Program-made: the position numbers and the translations under genes
The notes under the pieces: model-generated
The model's input: the letters and a program-made list of their open reading frames with translations, nothing else
Told to the model about the DNA's origin: nothing
The model's database searches: none
NCBI GenBank assembly: GCA_965644495.1
Contig: CBFFSA010000005.1
Location: forward strand, 62,001 to 126,000
DNA from: Perkinsela sp. CCAP 1560/9
Lineage: Eukaryota; Protista; Euglenozoa: Kinetoplastea
DNA length: 64,000 nucleotides
Direction: 5' to 3'
Part shown: one piece after another, positions 33,627-44,875 of the stretch
Layout of the letters: each line of letters begins with the position of its first letter
How positions within the stretch are numbered: position 1 is the stretch's first letter

Positions 33627-34715
33627 ATGACCGATCTCAGTGATTTTCTGCAGAACTTATTCTCCGACGAGTACCTCTTTGATTCCGCACATGCTGCTTG
33701 GAGAGCTATGACGCAAAGAAATGAGGGTTGGATTTTGATATCACATTTTCTTACCTTTCCAGATGTGATGCAATTGTGTGAAAGTGTAGATGAAGTATTG
33801 GAGGCAGCCCGCCAGCTTGGCGAAACATTGGAGGTAAATCAGGAAGGAACCGCTATTCGAAGAAAAGATCCACTCCTTGAAAAAGACAATCCAGTACATC
33901 GGACACTCTTTGTGAAACCTATCCATCCTGATACGACAGACAAAGAAATAAAAAATTTCTTCTCCGTTTATGGTGTTGTTGAAAAAGTGGAAAAGAAGAT
34001 TTTCACAGAATATGACAGAAACACAGGTCAATCGAGTCAGCGAATACGTCCTACAATGCTGATTCAATTTTCTACAGTAGAAGAGGCGAAAAAATGTGTC
34101 AATGCTAAACCTTCGTTCGGGAAACTGAACAATATTGGAGATCATTTCGTCCCCAGACTTCACGTTGACTTCTTTTCCGACTATGATGAGAAGAAATCTG
34201 AATTAGCTGAAGCTCGTTTTCTAAAACATAAACGAGAGGTTCTTATACACGGTGGCGAGGCTACGAATGCGAAGTCCTCAACTCCAAGGCCTTTCAAGTT
34301 TGTACAGACGGGTTCAATACTAAAAGTTTTGAAGGGACCACCGGGGGTTAGTTGGCGAGAGATTAAAAGTGTGTTATCAGAGATCGGAGGTGATCAATGC
34401 CGAGTCTCGTACGTGCGCGAAGATGGAGAGTCCGGTATCACTTATTTATACATGAAAACTTCCAAAGCAGCCGAAACCCTCGTAGATTTACACCGAAGTA
34501 TTACAGGGACGGAAAGAGAACGAGTCTGTAGGATTGTTCCCGTTCTAGATATTTGTACTGGAGAAGAGGAGCAAGTCGCTTCCGAAGCTTATCTTGCGGA
34601 AGAAAATGCAAAAGCACGCAAAAAACATCACAGGAACGAAAAACGAGTTCACGGCAAAACAAATAGAGTAGCAGATAGTGGTCCTGCCACAGTTCTAAAT
34701 TTACCAAAGGTATAA
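33627..34715 (+). CDS. La-motif plus RRM RNA-binding protein
   Basis: LFSDEYL..EGWILI..FLTF..LEVNQEGTAIRR La motif, followed by an RTLFVK RRM and a second RRM-like segment. Confidence 0.8.
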   Translation: MTDLSDFLQNLFSDEYLFDSAHAAWRAMTQRNEGWILISHFLTFPDVMQLCESVDEVLEAARQLGETLEVNQEGTAIRRKDPLLEKDNPVHRTLFVKPIHPDTTDKEIKNFFSVYGVVEKVEKKIFTEYDRNTGQSSQRIRPTMLIQFSTVEEAKKCVNAKPSFGKLNNIGDHFVPRLHVDFFSDYDEKKSELAEARFLKHKREVLIHGGEATNAKSSTPRPFKFVQTGSILKVLKGPPGVSWREIKSVLSEIGGDQCRVSYVREDGESGITYLYMKTSKAAETLVDLHRSITGTERERVCRIVPVLDICTGEEEQVASEAYLAEENAKARKKHHRNEKRVHGKTNRVADSGPATVLNLPKV

Positions 34716-35145
34716 AAATTACACTGCTGTATCACAAGTCAGTGATCTGAGTGCGATGTTGTCATTGCGAAACATATCAATGCAAAACAATCATGGTCAA
34801 TCGTAACAAATTCGAGTGTTTCTATAAAGCGTTTCAAAAAAGTTCTCCACAGTTCACTAATTTAGTATGATGAATTATGGCGAATGGAAAAAATGTTTTA
34901 ACACAATGCAAGTTGTGTAGGTCTAAGCTAATATGCTATCTTGATATTTCTAATGCTTTGTATTTACCCTTCATTGGTTCCCGAGTAGTTTTTGTTAGTT
35001 ATAGAATACAAATGTCTCGTTTTTTCGCGGTAATACCATACTTTCTTGATGGTCATAGAACAGTTTTTGTATGCAATATCACCTTTACAAGGGCGAACAG
35101 CATTGTCAATTTCCTATTGTTTAACTCATTATTAAGACTATACAG

Positions 35146-36294
35146 ATGGACACGTCTTCGGAAAATAGCAGCCCCTTCGGGATCAATATTTCTGGAATAG
35201 AAGAGAAAGATTTGCGAAGATTACAAGAGCTAGAAGATGAATTGGATCAGGTTTGGAGCAAATCTTCTGGATACGCGATTGACGATGAGGCGTGGAAGAC
35301 TATGCCACTCTTTATGGAAAATATAACTGACAAGGACGTGGAGGAAAATGCCGCTGTCTGTGGATTAACAAATCTCATGTATGAAGACACAAATCCTGAA
35401 GATGTTGCTGAAAGGCTTAAGAATTCAGGAAATCAGAATTTAAGCGTCGGCATTAAAACAGGAAATTTAGAACTCTTTCGCTCAGCCGTGTCTTTCTACA
35501 CCGAAGCGCTATCTGTCGAAGGTGCAAGCAGATCACTTAGGTGTGCACTGTACTCCAATAGGAGTCAAGCTCATCTTTATCTCCAAAATAACTATTCCGC
35601 TTTGCTGGACGCCGAGAGAGCTATTTATATGAATCCCGAGCATATCAAGTCATACCATCGCGCTGTTCAGGCATGTGTTAGGCTTCGGCGCTACGAAAAG
35701 GCTTTGAAGTTCGCCGAAAATGTCTTTGAAAGGGAGAAGAATTGGGCAGAGTTTTCGAAAATTGAAGCTAAGATACAAGATCTTTTGAACTCTCAGAAGG
35801 GAAAGAAGGTTGCTATCAGTCGTACCTACACAGAACGACTAGAATTAGAAAATAGCCTAATCCGATACCTACAGGAAGAGCTCAAAATTAGAACCGCGGA
35901 TACCGATATGGAGAACTTGCCCTGGCATTCGGAGGGTTTGACCGTCCTTTCCGAACTTACGAAAGGCTGTAGACAATTTCCTATCTTGTTTCTTTATGAC
36001 GAATACGGTCAATGTGATTTTGTTCGTTCTGCCAATTGGGATACTACGCTACGTGACCACCTGGAAATGATACTCAGTGATCCTCCACCATGGGATACCG
36101 ACAAAAGGTACGCCAAAGTTGATTCACTAGCTGTCTTTAATCGCAACCCTGGATCTACGAATTATACAGAGATAAACACATTCTGTGATATTCGGAGTGT
36201 TTTACAGCAACGTTCATACGTCATGCCTAGATGGGTAGCAATATTCCACGTTGTTCCGAGAGGCTCTGAATATTTCATGAGATGGAAAAATTGA
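35146..36294 (+). CDS. CNS1: TPR Hsp90 co-chaperone Cns1/TTC4
   Basis: PLFM motif, three TPRs (KNSGN, LYSNRSQAH) and a FPILFLYDEYGQCDFV wheel domain. Confidence 0.88.
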   Translation: MDTSSENSSPFGINISGIEEKDLRRLQELEDELDQVWSKSSGYAIDDEAWKTMPLFMENITDKDVEENAAVCGLTNLMYEDTNPEDVAERLKNSGNQNLSVGIKTGNLELFRSAVSFYTEALSVEGASRSLRCALYSNRSQAHLYLQNNYSALLDAERAIYMNPEHIKSYHRAVQACVRLRRYEKALKFAENVFEREKNWAEFSKIEAKIQDLLNSQKGKKVAISRTYTERLELENSLIRYLQEELKIRTADTDMENLPWHSEGLTVLSELTKGCRQFPILFLYDEYGQCDFVRSANWDTTLRDHLEMILSDPPPWDTDKRYAKVDSLAVFNRNPGSTNYTEINTFCDIRSVLQQRSYVMPRWVAIFHVVPRGSEYFMRWKN

Positions 36295-36567
36295 TTACCG
36301 TCACTCCACTTCATCTTCTTCTATTTTCTTTTATACTACATTATATGCCCTTTAAAGGATAACACCCCCCCTTAGCTTTTGTGCCGTGAGAGCGCTTGTA
36401 AGCTCTTAGTAAGATAGTTCGTTCATATTGGTCTCACTCAGAGGGGTGACTCCTTCCCAGGCGCTCCCAATAAGCTTCTACGGAGCTCCGACTTGGCGGA
36501 ATGATTTTCGCAGAGGCCGAAATCCTCAATGCCCCTTCGAACATGCTGGGCTAACATGACATTGTTT

Positions 36568-37086
36568 TCAGCAAAAAGTTAGAGAGGAAAAAGAGGCTTT
36601 AGATAGGTAAGTGTATGGTCGAGCTATGAATACGATCAGTGAAATGCAACTAACGTGTAGGGAGTCAAATTCCTTTCGAAGTTCATTCAAGTCCGAGCGA
36701 AGAGACAAAATATCCTTTTCGAAGCGTTCAACTTGAGACACTCTCTGTGCACCAGTCTCACGCATTTGTCTGTGACGATCTCGTGTTTTCTTGGAATCAT
36801 CAACCGTGATTCCGCGAAAGCTTCTCCAGACTGACCGAAACCACTCCGCCACAATTTCTCGACCCTTCTGTGAAGGCTCATAATGCTTTACATTGTGACT
36901 TTCGAGAAATTCGCACAAGTTAATGGACAATAACTCCGAAGGCAACTCCGTTGTCTTGAGAGTCCATCGTGCGTTGGGTGTATTCCATCTCCAATATTCT
37001 GGGAATTCACTTTCCTTCACATCTGATGTTGGATCCATGTATGGATCATCCGATTCATCAGGCGGAGGTAAGTCCATGGAAGGCAA
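36568..37086 (-). CDS. Uncharacterised 172-aa ORF carried inside the Harbinger-like element
   Basis: Protein-like composition with a Trp-rich middle and a coiled coil; antisense to host genes. Confidence 0.45.
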   Translation of the reverse strand: MPSMDLPPPDESDDPYMDPTSDVKESEFPEYWRWNTPNARWTLKTTELPSELLSINLCEFLESHNVKHYEPSQKGREIVAEWFRSVWRSFRGITVDDSKKTRDRHRQMRETGAQRVSQVERFEKDILSLRSDLNELRKEFDSLHVSCISLIVFIARPYTYLSKASFSSLTFC

Positions 37087-37145
37087 TACGGAAAAAAGAA
37101 TTTATAGTGCGTAAAATGTCGAGTATTTTTGATTGTTAGACGCTT

Positions 37146-38037
37146 TATTGCGGTGGTTGTAGAACTACCGCTCTACACTCGATTATTGAAAAAAAAGTGA
37201 ACAAAAACAGTGAAAATATAAAGGGGAACACAGTAATATAATAGAAGAAAAAAATATAAAAGGGGGCTCCGGTGGTCCAAAACTTAAAAAAAAAAATTGA
37301 AAAAAATGGGGGGTCCAGGGCGCGGGTCCAGGGGGGGTCATGGTCGAGCAAATTTTTTCGAAAAAATTAGTTTTCGAAAAAAAACCGCAGAAAGGGTAGC
37401 CGGGGTCTTGGCGCGCATTTTCCACCCCCCTACCCGGGGGTGACCCCCCCGGGTAGTATCCGCAGGACGGGTCCGCCAGGTTCGGATTTTTTCGGAAAAA
37501 TTTTTTTGAAAAAAATTTCAACTTGGCGAAAAAAATGGCAAAAAAAATATTTTTCCAAAATCGTTTCCCCTATTGTGTTTTGATAGTTTGGGACCTACAC
37601 TAGCTTTCTCCGCAGTTGCTTTTGCAAGGTATCCCTTCTTCTAACCGTGGTGCGCCCCTCAAAATGACCCATTTTTGACTAAAAAAGGTGAAAAAGTATT
37701 TTTCGGACCTAAAGGGGCATTTTTGTGTCGAAAGAATGGTATGGTTGGAGTCGCATTCTCTACCCAATACGTTCGGTAGGCTTTCATTCATGCCTACGAG
37801 TGATTTCCCATGCGCAAATATCGGATTTAGTACTCTGACAGCAAAAATACGCGAAAATCACCCCATATTTACCCGAAATTCGGCTATTTTTGGCTATAAT
37901 CTTTCCGTTTTCCAGGCTAAATTTTCTTTTTTAGGCTCTTCGTTAAGCGCGGCGGTAGTTTTCAACGCGAAGCGCGCAGCATGAGTGACTTCTAAGTTGA
38001 AAACAACCACCGCGTTTAACGAAGAGCCTAAAAAAGA
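37146..38037 (-). mobile_element. Family B copy 2
   Basis: Near-identical reverse complement of ~17085-18000. Confidence 0.88.
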
Positions 38038-38452
38038 TTGACTTGTATTACATGCCGAAACCCTCGTTTCGGCAGAATAACAATTCCAGTAACATGATTT
38101 ATGTATCGTCCGATGGAAGCAAAAAATATTGAGAAACTAAGGAAAAAAACATCGACGAAAGATATCCTAGGCGCTCCCGGGCGCTCCCAGACGCTCCCAC
38201 CCAGAGTCACCCCTCTCAATATCGTATTTCCTGTACTAGGCCCACTCTTTTTGAGATAATGCAAGAAGCTTTCTTTTTCTTGGGGACGAACTTTCATGTA
38301 TCAAACTTCAAAAAAAAGATGTACAGTACTTATTTTCTGTGGGACATGACCGAAAACAAACGTGCGAAACCCAATAGGCATTCCAGCGAGCTTACCCGGT
38401 AGATCTGCTAGCGGCTTCTTTGCCCCAAATCAACCTCTGACCCCCAACCTCC

Positions 38453-39964
38453 ATGCCCACCCACGCCGTTCTCTTCAGCGGCCAAGGCTCCCAACGCCAC
38501 CGCATGGGCGCCTCCTTCCTCTCCCGCCTCCCCCCCAAAAGCCCCTTCGCCACCACCTGGCAATCCGCCCGGGACTTTCTCAAAGACCACTACCAACTCG
38601 ACCTCAGCACCCTCGTCAACACCCCCACCCCCGCCCTCCACTGCCTCCACCCCGCCGGGGGCCCCCTCCGCAAGATCACCCACCCCCCCACCGCGCTCCA
38701 CTTCTCCCCGTTCACCCAGGTCGCCCTGGTCGCCTACCACGCGGCCTGTTGGCAGCAGCTCCTCCACCAGGGAGCCGTCGACCCGAGCACTACCTATCTC
38801 GCCGGCCACTCCCTCGGGGAGATCGCCTCGCTCTATGCCGCGAACGCACTCTCGCTCCCCCAGGCGCTATCCCTGGCCTACGAACGGGGATGGCTGATGG
38901 AGGAAACCGTCCCGCGAGACTCAAATGGGGAGACCCCGTTTCGGGTCTACGCGGTGAGCGCGGCCCGGTGTGGGCTCTCGGAGAGCACACTGCTGGGGCT
39001 CGTGGAGGGGCTGTCGAGGCCGCTGATGGAGGGGACGGGGGAGGTGCTGGAGGTGGTGGGGTATAATGTGGCCCATCAGCAGTACCTGGTGGCGGGCACC
39101 GTGAAGGGGTTGGCGGTGCTGGGGAAGGTGCTGGATCCGAAGTGGAGGGAGGGGAGGGAGGGGGAGGAGGAGGGGGTGGGGGTGAGGGAGACGGTGGAGG
39201 CGGTGTTGGAGAGAGCACTGCGGGAGGTGGAGCAGGATGCGGTGGAGTTGCCACGGCTTCGGGCGGCGTATGAGCAAGCGAGGGAGCAGGAAAGGTACCA
39301 GCCGGGGAGTCCGAAAATGGCGAAACGAAAAAACAAGTTTTTTCATATGGGCGTTCCGGCGAATCCGTTCTTGGATAACGTGGGATTTATTGTGCCTCCG
39401 GAGATAATCGAGGCTACGTTAGGAAGAGAAGGGCTGGCACGGGATGGGTTGAAGAGGAGACCGTGGTTTAAGCCCCTGGAGGGGGCATACCTTCCTTTCC
39501 ACAGTTCCGTGTTTAGAAGAGGCACCACTGCTTTTCAAGAGATTCTAGATAGATGCATGGATGAGTCAACGTGTGAGAAATCAAACTATTTACGTACCAT
39601 TCCTAATATTATGGGAAAACCTATATCGTGTGACGATCAATTCGTCTCGGATTTATGTGAGTGCTTGCGTATGGCCAATGTTGGAGAGCAGTGGAACGCG
39701 GGAAGGGCTGGGTACCCACCAACTACGCTTCCCTCCCCTAGTAAAAAGGTTTCGGATCTTATTCGTACCACCTTATTGGCACAGTTTTCGTCCGCAGTTC
39801 AATGGAGTGACACAATAGATTTCTTATTGGACCCCAAGGCTGCCAACGTTCAGTCAATAATTGAAGTCTCGCCGAGCCCTGTACTAGCTCCTTTGGTCAT
39901 GAAGCAGATAAAGGAAAAAGGGTGGAGAGACGTTCCTGTACGACAAGTGTCATTCACTGTCTAA
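38453..39964 (+). CDS. Malonyl-CoA:ACP transacylase-like protein (FAS-I MPT-type)
   Basis: LFSGQGSQ, FTQVAL, AGHSLGE, YN...QYLVAG, PFHS and AVQW. Confidence 0.88.
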   Translation: MPTHAVLFSGQGSQRHRMGASFLSRLPPKSPFATTWQSARDFLKDHYQLDLSTLVNTPTPALHCLHPAGGPLRKITHPPTALHFSPFTQVALVAYHAACWQQLLHQGAVDPSTTYLAGHSLGEIASLYAANALSLPQALSLAYERGWLMEETVPRDSNGETPFRVYAVSAARCGLSESTLLGLVEGLSRPLMEGTGEVLEVVGYNVAHQQYLVAGTVKGLAVLGKVLDPKWREGREGEEEGVGVRETVEAVLERALREVEQDAVELPRLRAAYEQAREQERYQPGSPKMAKRKNKFFHMGVPANPFLDNVGFIVPPEIIEATLGREGLARDGLKRRPWFKPLEGAYLPFHSSVFRRGTTAFQEILDRCMDESTCEKSNYLRTIPNIMGKPISCDDQFVSDLCECLRMANVGEQWNAGRAGYPPTTLPSPSKKVSDLIRTTLLAQFSSAVQWSDTIDFLLDPKAANVQSIIEVSPSPVLAPLVMKQIKEKGWRDVPVRQVSFTV

Positions 39965-40291
39965 TAGTCTATTACATTAAGTTCTACTATAGAACAGTAC
40001 CTGATCACAACATTCTTCCTTGTGATACAGGGTATACTTGCCAATGGTTCCTTACCTGCAATTCCGATACTGCCGCCGGCAGTGCATTCACAAGAGGCAA
40101 TGCCCAAAAAAGAGAATATTTCCACATATGATTTTGATGTTTCGAATTAACAGAGGGAATAGTTGGCCTAGTTTGTATCGTAAAACATGCACCTTTCTAA
40201 AAATATGCTTCTGTTTTATTTCTCTTTAAATTGATTGGGGCTTTGAAGTTTACTAGTTGTTAAGTTCCTTACATTATTCCATTCTATCTAA

Positions 40292-43200
40292 ATGGCAAGT
40301 CGCACAGATTCCTCGGAAACAATGGAGGAAGCAACTGAGAGTGCCGTCAGAGTTCTGGTCCGTGTTAGACCCTTTCATGACCGAGAACTTTCTACAGGGT
40401 TTTCAGTTCCAGTCATTCGAATGCCAAGAACGTCATCAACGAATGTTATTGTCCTGGACCCCAATTATGAGTTCCGACCGAGAGAAATGTTTACCTTTGA
40501 TTCTTGCTTGTGGTCGATTCCAAATGTACCTCAAACAGACTTTATTTCTCAGGAAACCATGTATCGAATTGCCGGAGAACCCGCGCGGGACAACGTTTTG
40601 GCTGGGTATAACGCTTGTATACTCGCATACGGTCAGACAGGAAGTGGGAAAACCTACACAATGATGGGAGACCCAGAAAACAGTGAAGAGCAGGGTATTA
40701 TTCCACGTGTATTTACCGATCTTCAGCACGCTTGCTCCAAAACTCCAGGTATGCACCTACAATGTACTTACCTAGAAATCTACAATGAACGCGTCATGGA
40801 TTTACTCGAAAAAAGTGACCGCGAGTTGCGAGTGAGAAATGATCCTCTGACTGGCCCATTTGTAGAGGGACTAAGCATTCACGGTATTAAAACAAAGCAC
40901 GACATACTTCACCTGCTTAGAGTTGGTAACGCAGAACGCCACACCGCATCAACAAAAATTAACGAACGCAGCAGTCGTAGTCATGCAATACTTACTATTT
41001 TCCTATGCCGCGGGAAAGACGGCACTCGTTGCGCGTCGAAGCTACATCTCGTAGACTTGGCTGGGTCGGAACGAACCTACGTCTCTGGGGCCGAAGGCAT
41101 TCAATTTAAAGAAGCTACAAAGATAAATTTGAGTTTAACCACACTGGGTCGCGTCATTGATGCTCTTGCTGATCAGTCATCGGGTAGATCTGCCCTCATT
41201 CCACCATATCGTGAATCTCTTTTGACTTGGATACTTTCCGACTCCTTCGGCGGAAACAGTAAGACCTGCATGATAGCAGCTATTTCACCAGCCTCAATAA
41301 GCGTTGAGGAAACAACAAACACGTTACGCTACGCCTCCCGAGCAAGGGAAATAATTAACATGTGTGTGATTAACGAGGACCCGTACGAAAGACGCATCAA
41401 GGAATTGTTAGCCATTATTGAACGGCTACGTAGACAATTATCGGTTGTCCAAGCACAGTCAAAGGGTATTTCGACCCCTTGGAGACGAAACCGGGCCGAT
41501 GAACTTTCTCGTGGATCTCCTGCACTCTCGCTGTCTGCCAGGTCAGAAAAGGCGTCTTACATAGAAAGCCCGAACTCATCTTTAGAGCCTGGTGCCCGAC
41601 GTCTGCGATTCGAAACCCCGGAGGAGGACTCAGTGAGTGCTCGACACGGAAGCGACAAGAAACTTAATATTGAGCTTGAAGATCTCAGAAAAAGGTACCA
41701 AAATTTAGTACAGCTTTGCAATGAGGCCAAAAGAAAAGCCGATGACGAAAGGAAGGCGCGAGAGGCTATAACAAGGAAACTTCGAAATGAGATGAACGAA
41801 ATTATTTCTGATACTTCCAGCACCGTGAGTGGTGCTACAATAAATCTTAAAAGTTCTAGACGAATGCAAAAGCACACGAATATTTCATCACATGGAGTTG
41901 TTCAAAGTGAAAATATAGAAAATGCAAAAGAAAAGTACTATGCGCAAAATGTTGCACTTTCCAAAGAAAATGAGGAACTGAAGAAAAAGCAAGGATCGCT
42001 TACTGAAAAAATAGAAGAGCAAGAAGCCCAAATAGCACGGTTGCGCCGACAGGTAAACGATCTTGAGGATTACAAGAAGTCACATTCCACAATAGGATTT
42101 GAGCGAGCCGCTGAAATGGAGGCATCGTTGCGGGCGGTTGCACTTGAATATGGTACGAGCACGCGGTCGGCTATTGCAAACATGACGTCGGCATTTACAA
42201 CCTCTCTCGCGCAGCATAGTAAGGCCGTTATTCAAAGGCATGTTGCCGATGCAACCAAAGATCTTCGCAGAAAATGGATTGAAGAATCTGCCAAGCTCAA
42301 AGGCAACACAAGGAACAGGGGTGAATCCGTTGAGTATGATTCCCAGACGGGGAACGGTTTGTCAGGTTCTAGTAATCCAATTATAATGATGAACGAAGAG
42401 CATGATACGCAAATAAGACGAATTCGAGAAGAAAACGAAGCGGCCCTTACCGAGCTACGTGTGGAGCTAACTAGAGAATGTACAATGTTGGAAGATAAAG
42501 TATCTTCTCTTGAAGAAAAGACAGGCACCATGGAAAAGAACGAAGACAATTCTCATTTGCAAAGACTTAGTGCTTGTGTTTCGGAAGAGCATCAAAACAG
42601 GGAAAGGGTATTTCGAGAATTTGTGGACGAAAGATACGCTATATCGACTGGTATGCTTTGTGAATATTCCGCACATTTCATAAAGCTTCAAGGACTTTCC
42701 AATGGTTATCAGGAGGAAATGAACCGCGCTAATGAACAAATGGAAACAATGGGTCACAAAATTAATGTTGAGAAATCTTCTCTGCAAGTTGAGTCGAAGA
42801 ACATGAGAGATGCAACTTCAGCAATTTTAAATGAGCAGGCTGTGGCCATGAGCAAAAAGTATCAACTGTTTGAACAAACTATTTTTCCGTCTTTTGGAGT
42901 CGTACGAGAGCACGACTTCCTTCTTATCGACAACCTGAAACAAAGGGAGATAATGTCTACGGAAACCGAAAAGAGGCTACGGGAAAAACTTGCGGACAAC
43001 CACATCAAGAATGCCAATCTAGAAGCAGCACTCAATAGGAATCTTAATGATTTCATATCGTTCGACCAACGCTGCGTGAAACCATTTTTGAATGATTTGG
43101 AATCTGAGAATGAAGCGGAGCTAGCTGCTATACAGATCAAATTTGATGGAATTATTGACCAGAATTCTCTCTTTTTGCAACGAAAAGTTGATATGTTTAA

Positions 43201-44875
43201 GCAACGGTATAAGCTACAATATGCAGCTTACGAAGGACTTCACCAATCGCTCTGCAATTCGTACCGGACATTATTCTCGCAGTATCAGGAACGCACTGAG
43301 AAGATGTTTAAAGATAGTGTTATCCAAGACATCTCTAATCTACGGGCTTTGGAATCAGATTCCAGAAAGGATTTGCATTCCTTCGAGGAATATTGTCGAC
43401 AGATTATTGAGACGAGCACCAGTATGGCAAGTAAGATAGTAGTCTCTACGGTGGATCGGTATAATGAGCGATTACATGGAATACGCGACGATTATGAAAC
43501 ACGGCTGAAAGAAGCGGAAATTAGTATGCATGAACTAGAGAGAGACAAAGAGAGTCAACTCGAAGGCATGCTGAAACGGATGGGAAAAGTATCTGAAGAG
43601 AAACGTCAATGCGAAGTTCTCTATTCCTTCCTTGTAGATGAAGCAAAGGAACGTCGTCGTTTAGAGGCCCTGTATTTGGATGAATATTTCCGAATAGTGC
43701 ATCATGAACTCGAACAACACGAAGTTGTTAGTTTGTATGACAGTAATATGTTAAATAGGCATGATTGCCAAGAATTCCTATCAGGCCAGAAGCTGATTCT
43801 TTATAATTCCAGCGCAGAGATTTGTTTGCAGCGCGGAGAACTAGAAAATGCTTTTAAACAGGCTAGTGAAGCAACTCGTAATGAAAATCTTTTTAAGCTT
43901 GAAGAACAGCGTACGAATCTTAATGATCATTTTGAAGCAGATAAGAAACGCTCACTCGATGATTTTAGCGCTTCTGAGAAAAAGTGGCAATCACTTTTGA
44001 TGGGGGCAGAAGGTCGTGCGCAGAGTTCTGAAGAGTATTCTAAAAAACTTGTTGTTTATATTGAAGAGTCCCAGGTATTAAACGAGGAGCACACATTCGA
44101 AATTCAACGCATGCAAGGTCAAGAGCAAGATGAAAGACTTGTTGCGCATTATCAATACGCACTTGAACGTGGAAGTATAGTGCAAGAATGCGATAGAATT
44201 TTACTAAAACTCAAAGTCCAAGAATATGAAACTCGTATTACACAAATGACGCGAGGATACGCTGCTGAGATGGATGCTTTAGGATCTCAGCATGCGCGCC
44301 AAAAGCAAAAAATTCAGAATATTGCAGAGCGTCGATTAGAGACATTAGCTTCCCTTCAAGAAACAACTCCCCGATATTTGGAACTGTTTTCGGCAACTTT
44401 CCTTGCGTGGAATTCAGCGGTAGAAAACACTTGGATACAAAGCTTTAATATTTCGACACAAACATGGAACATGCGTATGTCATCAACACATTCAGAAAAA
44501 GTGGATTATCTCAGGAAACTACACAGCAAAAAACTGGAAGAAATCGAAGCGCAGTCTTCGAAGAACCTACAGGACGTGCGAAAAATCGACAAGAGCCATT
44601 TTCTAAATCGCTTTGCTTTGGAAACCGAGGAGCATCAGGAACGCTACAAATCTGTCGATGAATTTAGCAACAAGCTAATGGGTATTTATATTACATTTCA
44701 TAACGTGGTTTTCAATGAGTTTAAACAACAGGTAGGAATGAGCCGCATGATTGAGTTTGCACTTAACTCAGAAATGGATAAACGAAGTAAGCTTGAAGTG
44801 GAGAACCAGAAACTTCAGGGTGCGGTCGAGATGTACAAGTTGCTTCGCTTAGAGTCTGAACTTGAAACTGCGTGA
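40292..44875 (+). CDS. Kinesin (kinesin-3-like motor) with a long coiled-coil tail
   Basis: AYGQTGSGKT, SSRSH, DLAGSE, PYRES and GGNSKT. Confidence 0.93.
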   Translation: MASRTDSSETMEEATESAVRVLVRVRPFHDRELSTGFSVPVIRMPRTSSTNVIVLDPNYEFRPREMFTFDSCLWSIPNVPQTDFISQETMYRIAGEPARDNVLAGYNACILAYGQTGSGKTYTMMGDPENSEEQGIIPRVFTDLQHACSKTPGMHLQCTYLEIYNERVMDLLEKSDRELRVRNDPLTGPFVEGLSIHGIKTKHDILHLLRVGNAERHTASTKINERSSRSHAILTIFLCRGKDGTRCASKLHLVDLAGSERTYVSGAEGIQFKEATKINLSLTTLGRVIDALADQSSGRSALIPPYRESLLTWILSDSFGGNSKTCMIAAISPASISVEETTNTLRYASRAREIINMCVINEDPYERRIKELLAIIERLRRQLSVVQAQSKGISTPWRRNRADELSRGSPALSLSARSEKASYIESPNSSLEPGARRLRFETPEEDSVSARHGSDKKLNIELEDLRKRYQNLVQLCNEAKRKADDERKAREAITRKLRNEMNEIISDTSSTVSGATINLKSSRRMQKHTNISSHGVVQSENIENAKEKYYAQNVALSKENEELKKKQGSLTEKIEEQEAQIARLRRQVNDLEDYKKSHSTIGFERAAEMEASLRAVALEYGTSTRSAIANMTSAFTTSLAQHSKAVIQRHVADATKDLRRKWIEESAKLKGNTRNRGESVEYDSQTGNGLSGSSNPIIMMNEEHDTQIRRIREENEAALTELRVELTRECTMLEDKVSSLEEKTGTMEKNEDNSHLQRLSACVSEEHQNRERVFREFVDERYAISTGMLCEYSAHFIKLQGLSNGYQEEMNRANEQMETMGHKINVEKSSLQVESKNMRDATSAILNEQAVAMSKKYQLFEQTIFPSFGVVREHDFLLIDNLKQREIMSTETEKRLREKLADNHIKNANLEAALNRNLNDFISFDQRCVKPFLNDLESENEAELAAIQIKFDGIIDQNSLFLQRKVDMFKQRYKLQYAAYEGLHQSLCNSYRTLFSQYQERTEKMFKDSVIQDISNLRALESDSRKDLHSFEEYCRQIIETSTSMASKIVVSTVDRYNERLHGIRDDYETRLKEAEISMHELERDKESQLEGMLKRMGKVSEEKRQCEVLYSFLVDEAKERRRLEALYLDEYFRIVHHELEQHEVVSLYDSNMLNRHDCQEFLSGQKLILYNSSAEICLQRGELENAFKQASEATRNENLFKLEEQRTNLNDHFEADKKRSLDDFSASEKKWQSLLMGAEGRAQSSEEYSKKLVVYIEESQVLNEEHTFEIQRMQGQEQDERLVAHYQYALERGSIVQECDRILLKLKVQEYETRITQMTRGYAAEMDALGSQHARQKQKIQNIAERRLETLASLQETTPRYLELFSATFLAWNSAVENTWIQSFNISTQTWNMRMSSTHSEKVDYLRKLHSKKLEEIEAQSSKNLQDVRKIDKSHFLNRFALETEEHQERYKSVDEFSNKLMGIYITFHNVVFNEFKQQVGMSRMIEFALNSEMDKRSKLEVENQKLQGAVEMYKLLRLESELETA

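Larger units (their letters stand above)
36441..38215. mobile_element. PIF/Harbinger-like element with a nested family B copy
   Basis: 12-bp TIR GAGGGGTGACTC, 3-bp TSD TCA (36438-36440 and 38216-38218), GCGCTCCC subterminal repeats. Confidence 0.7.
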
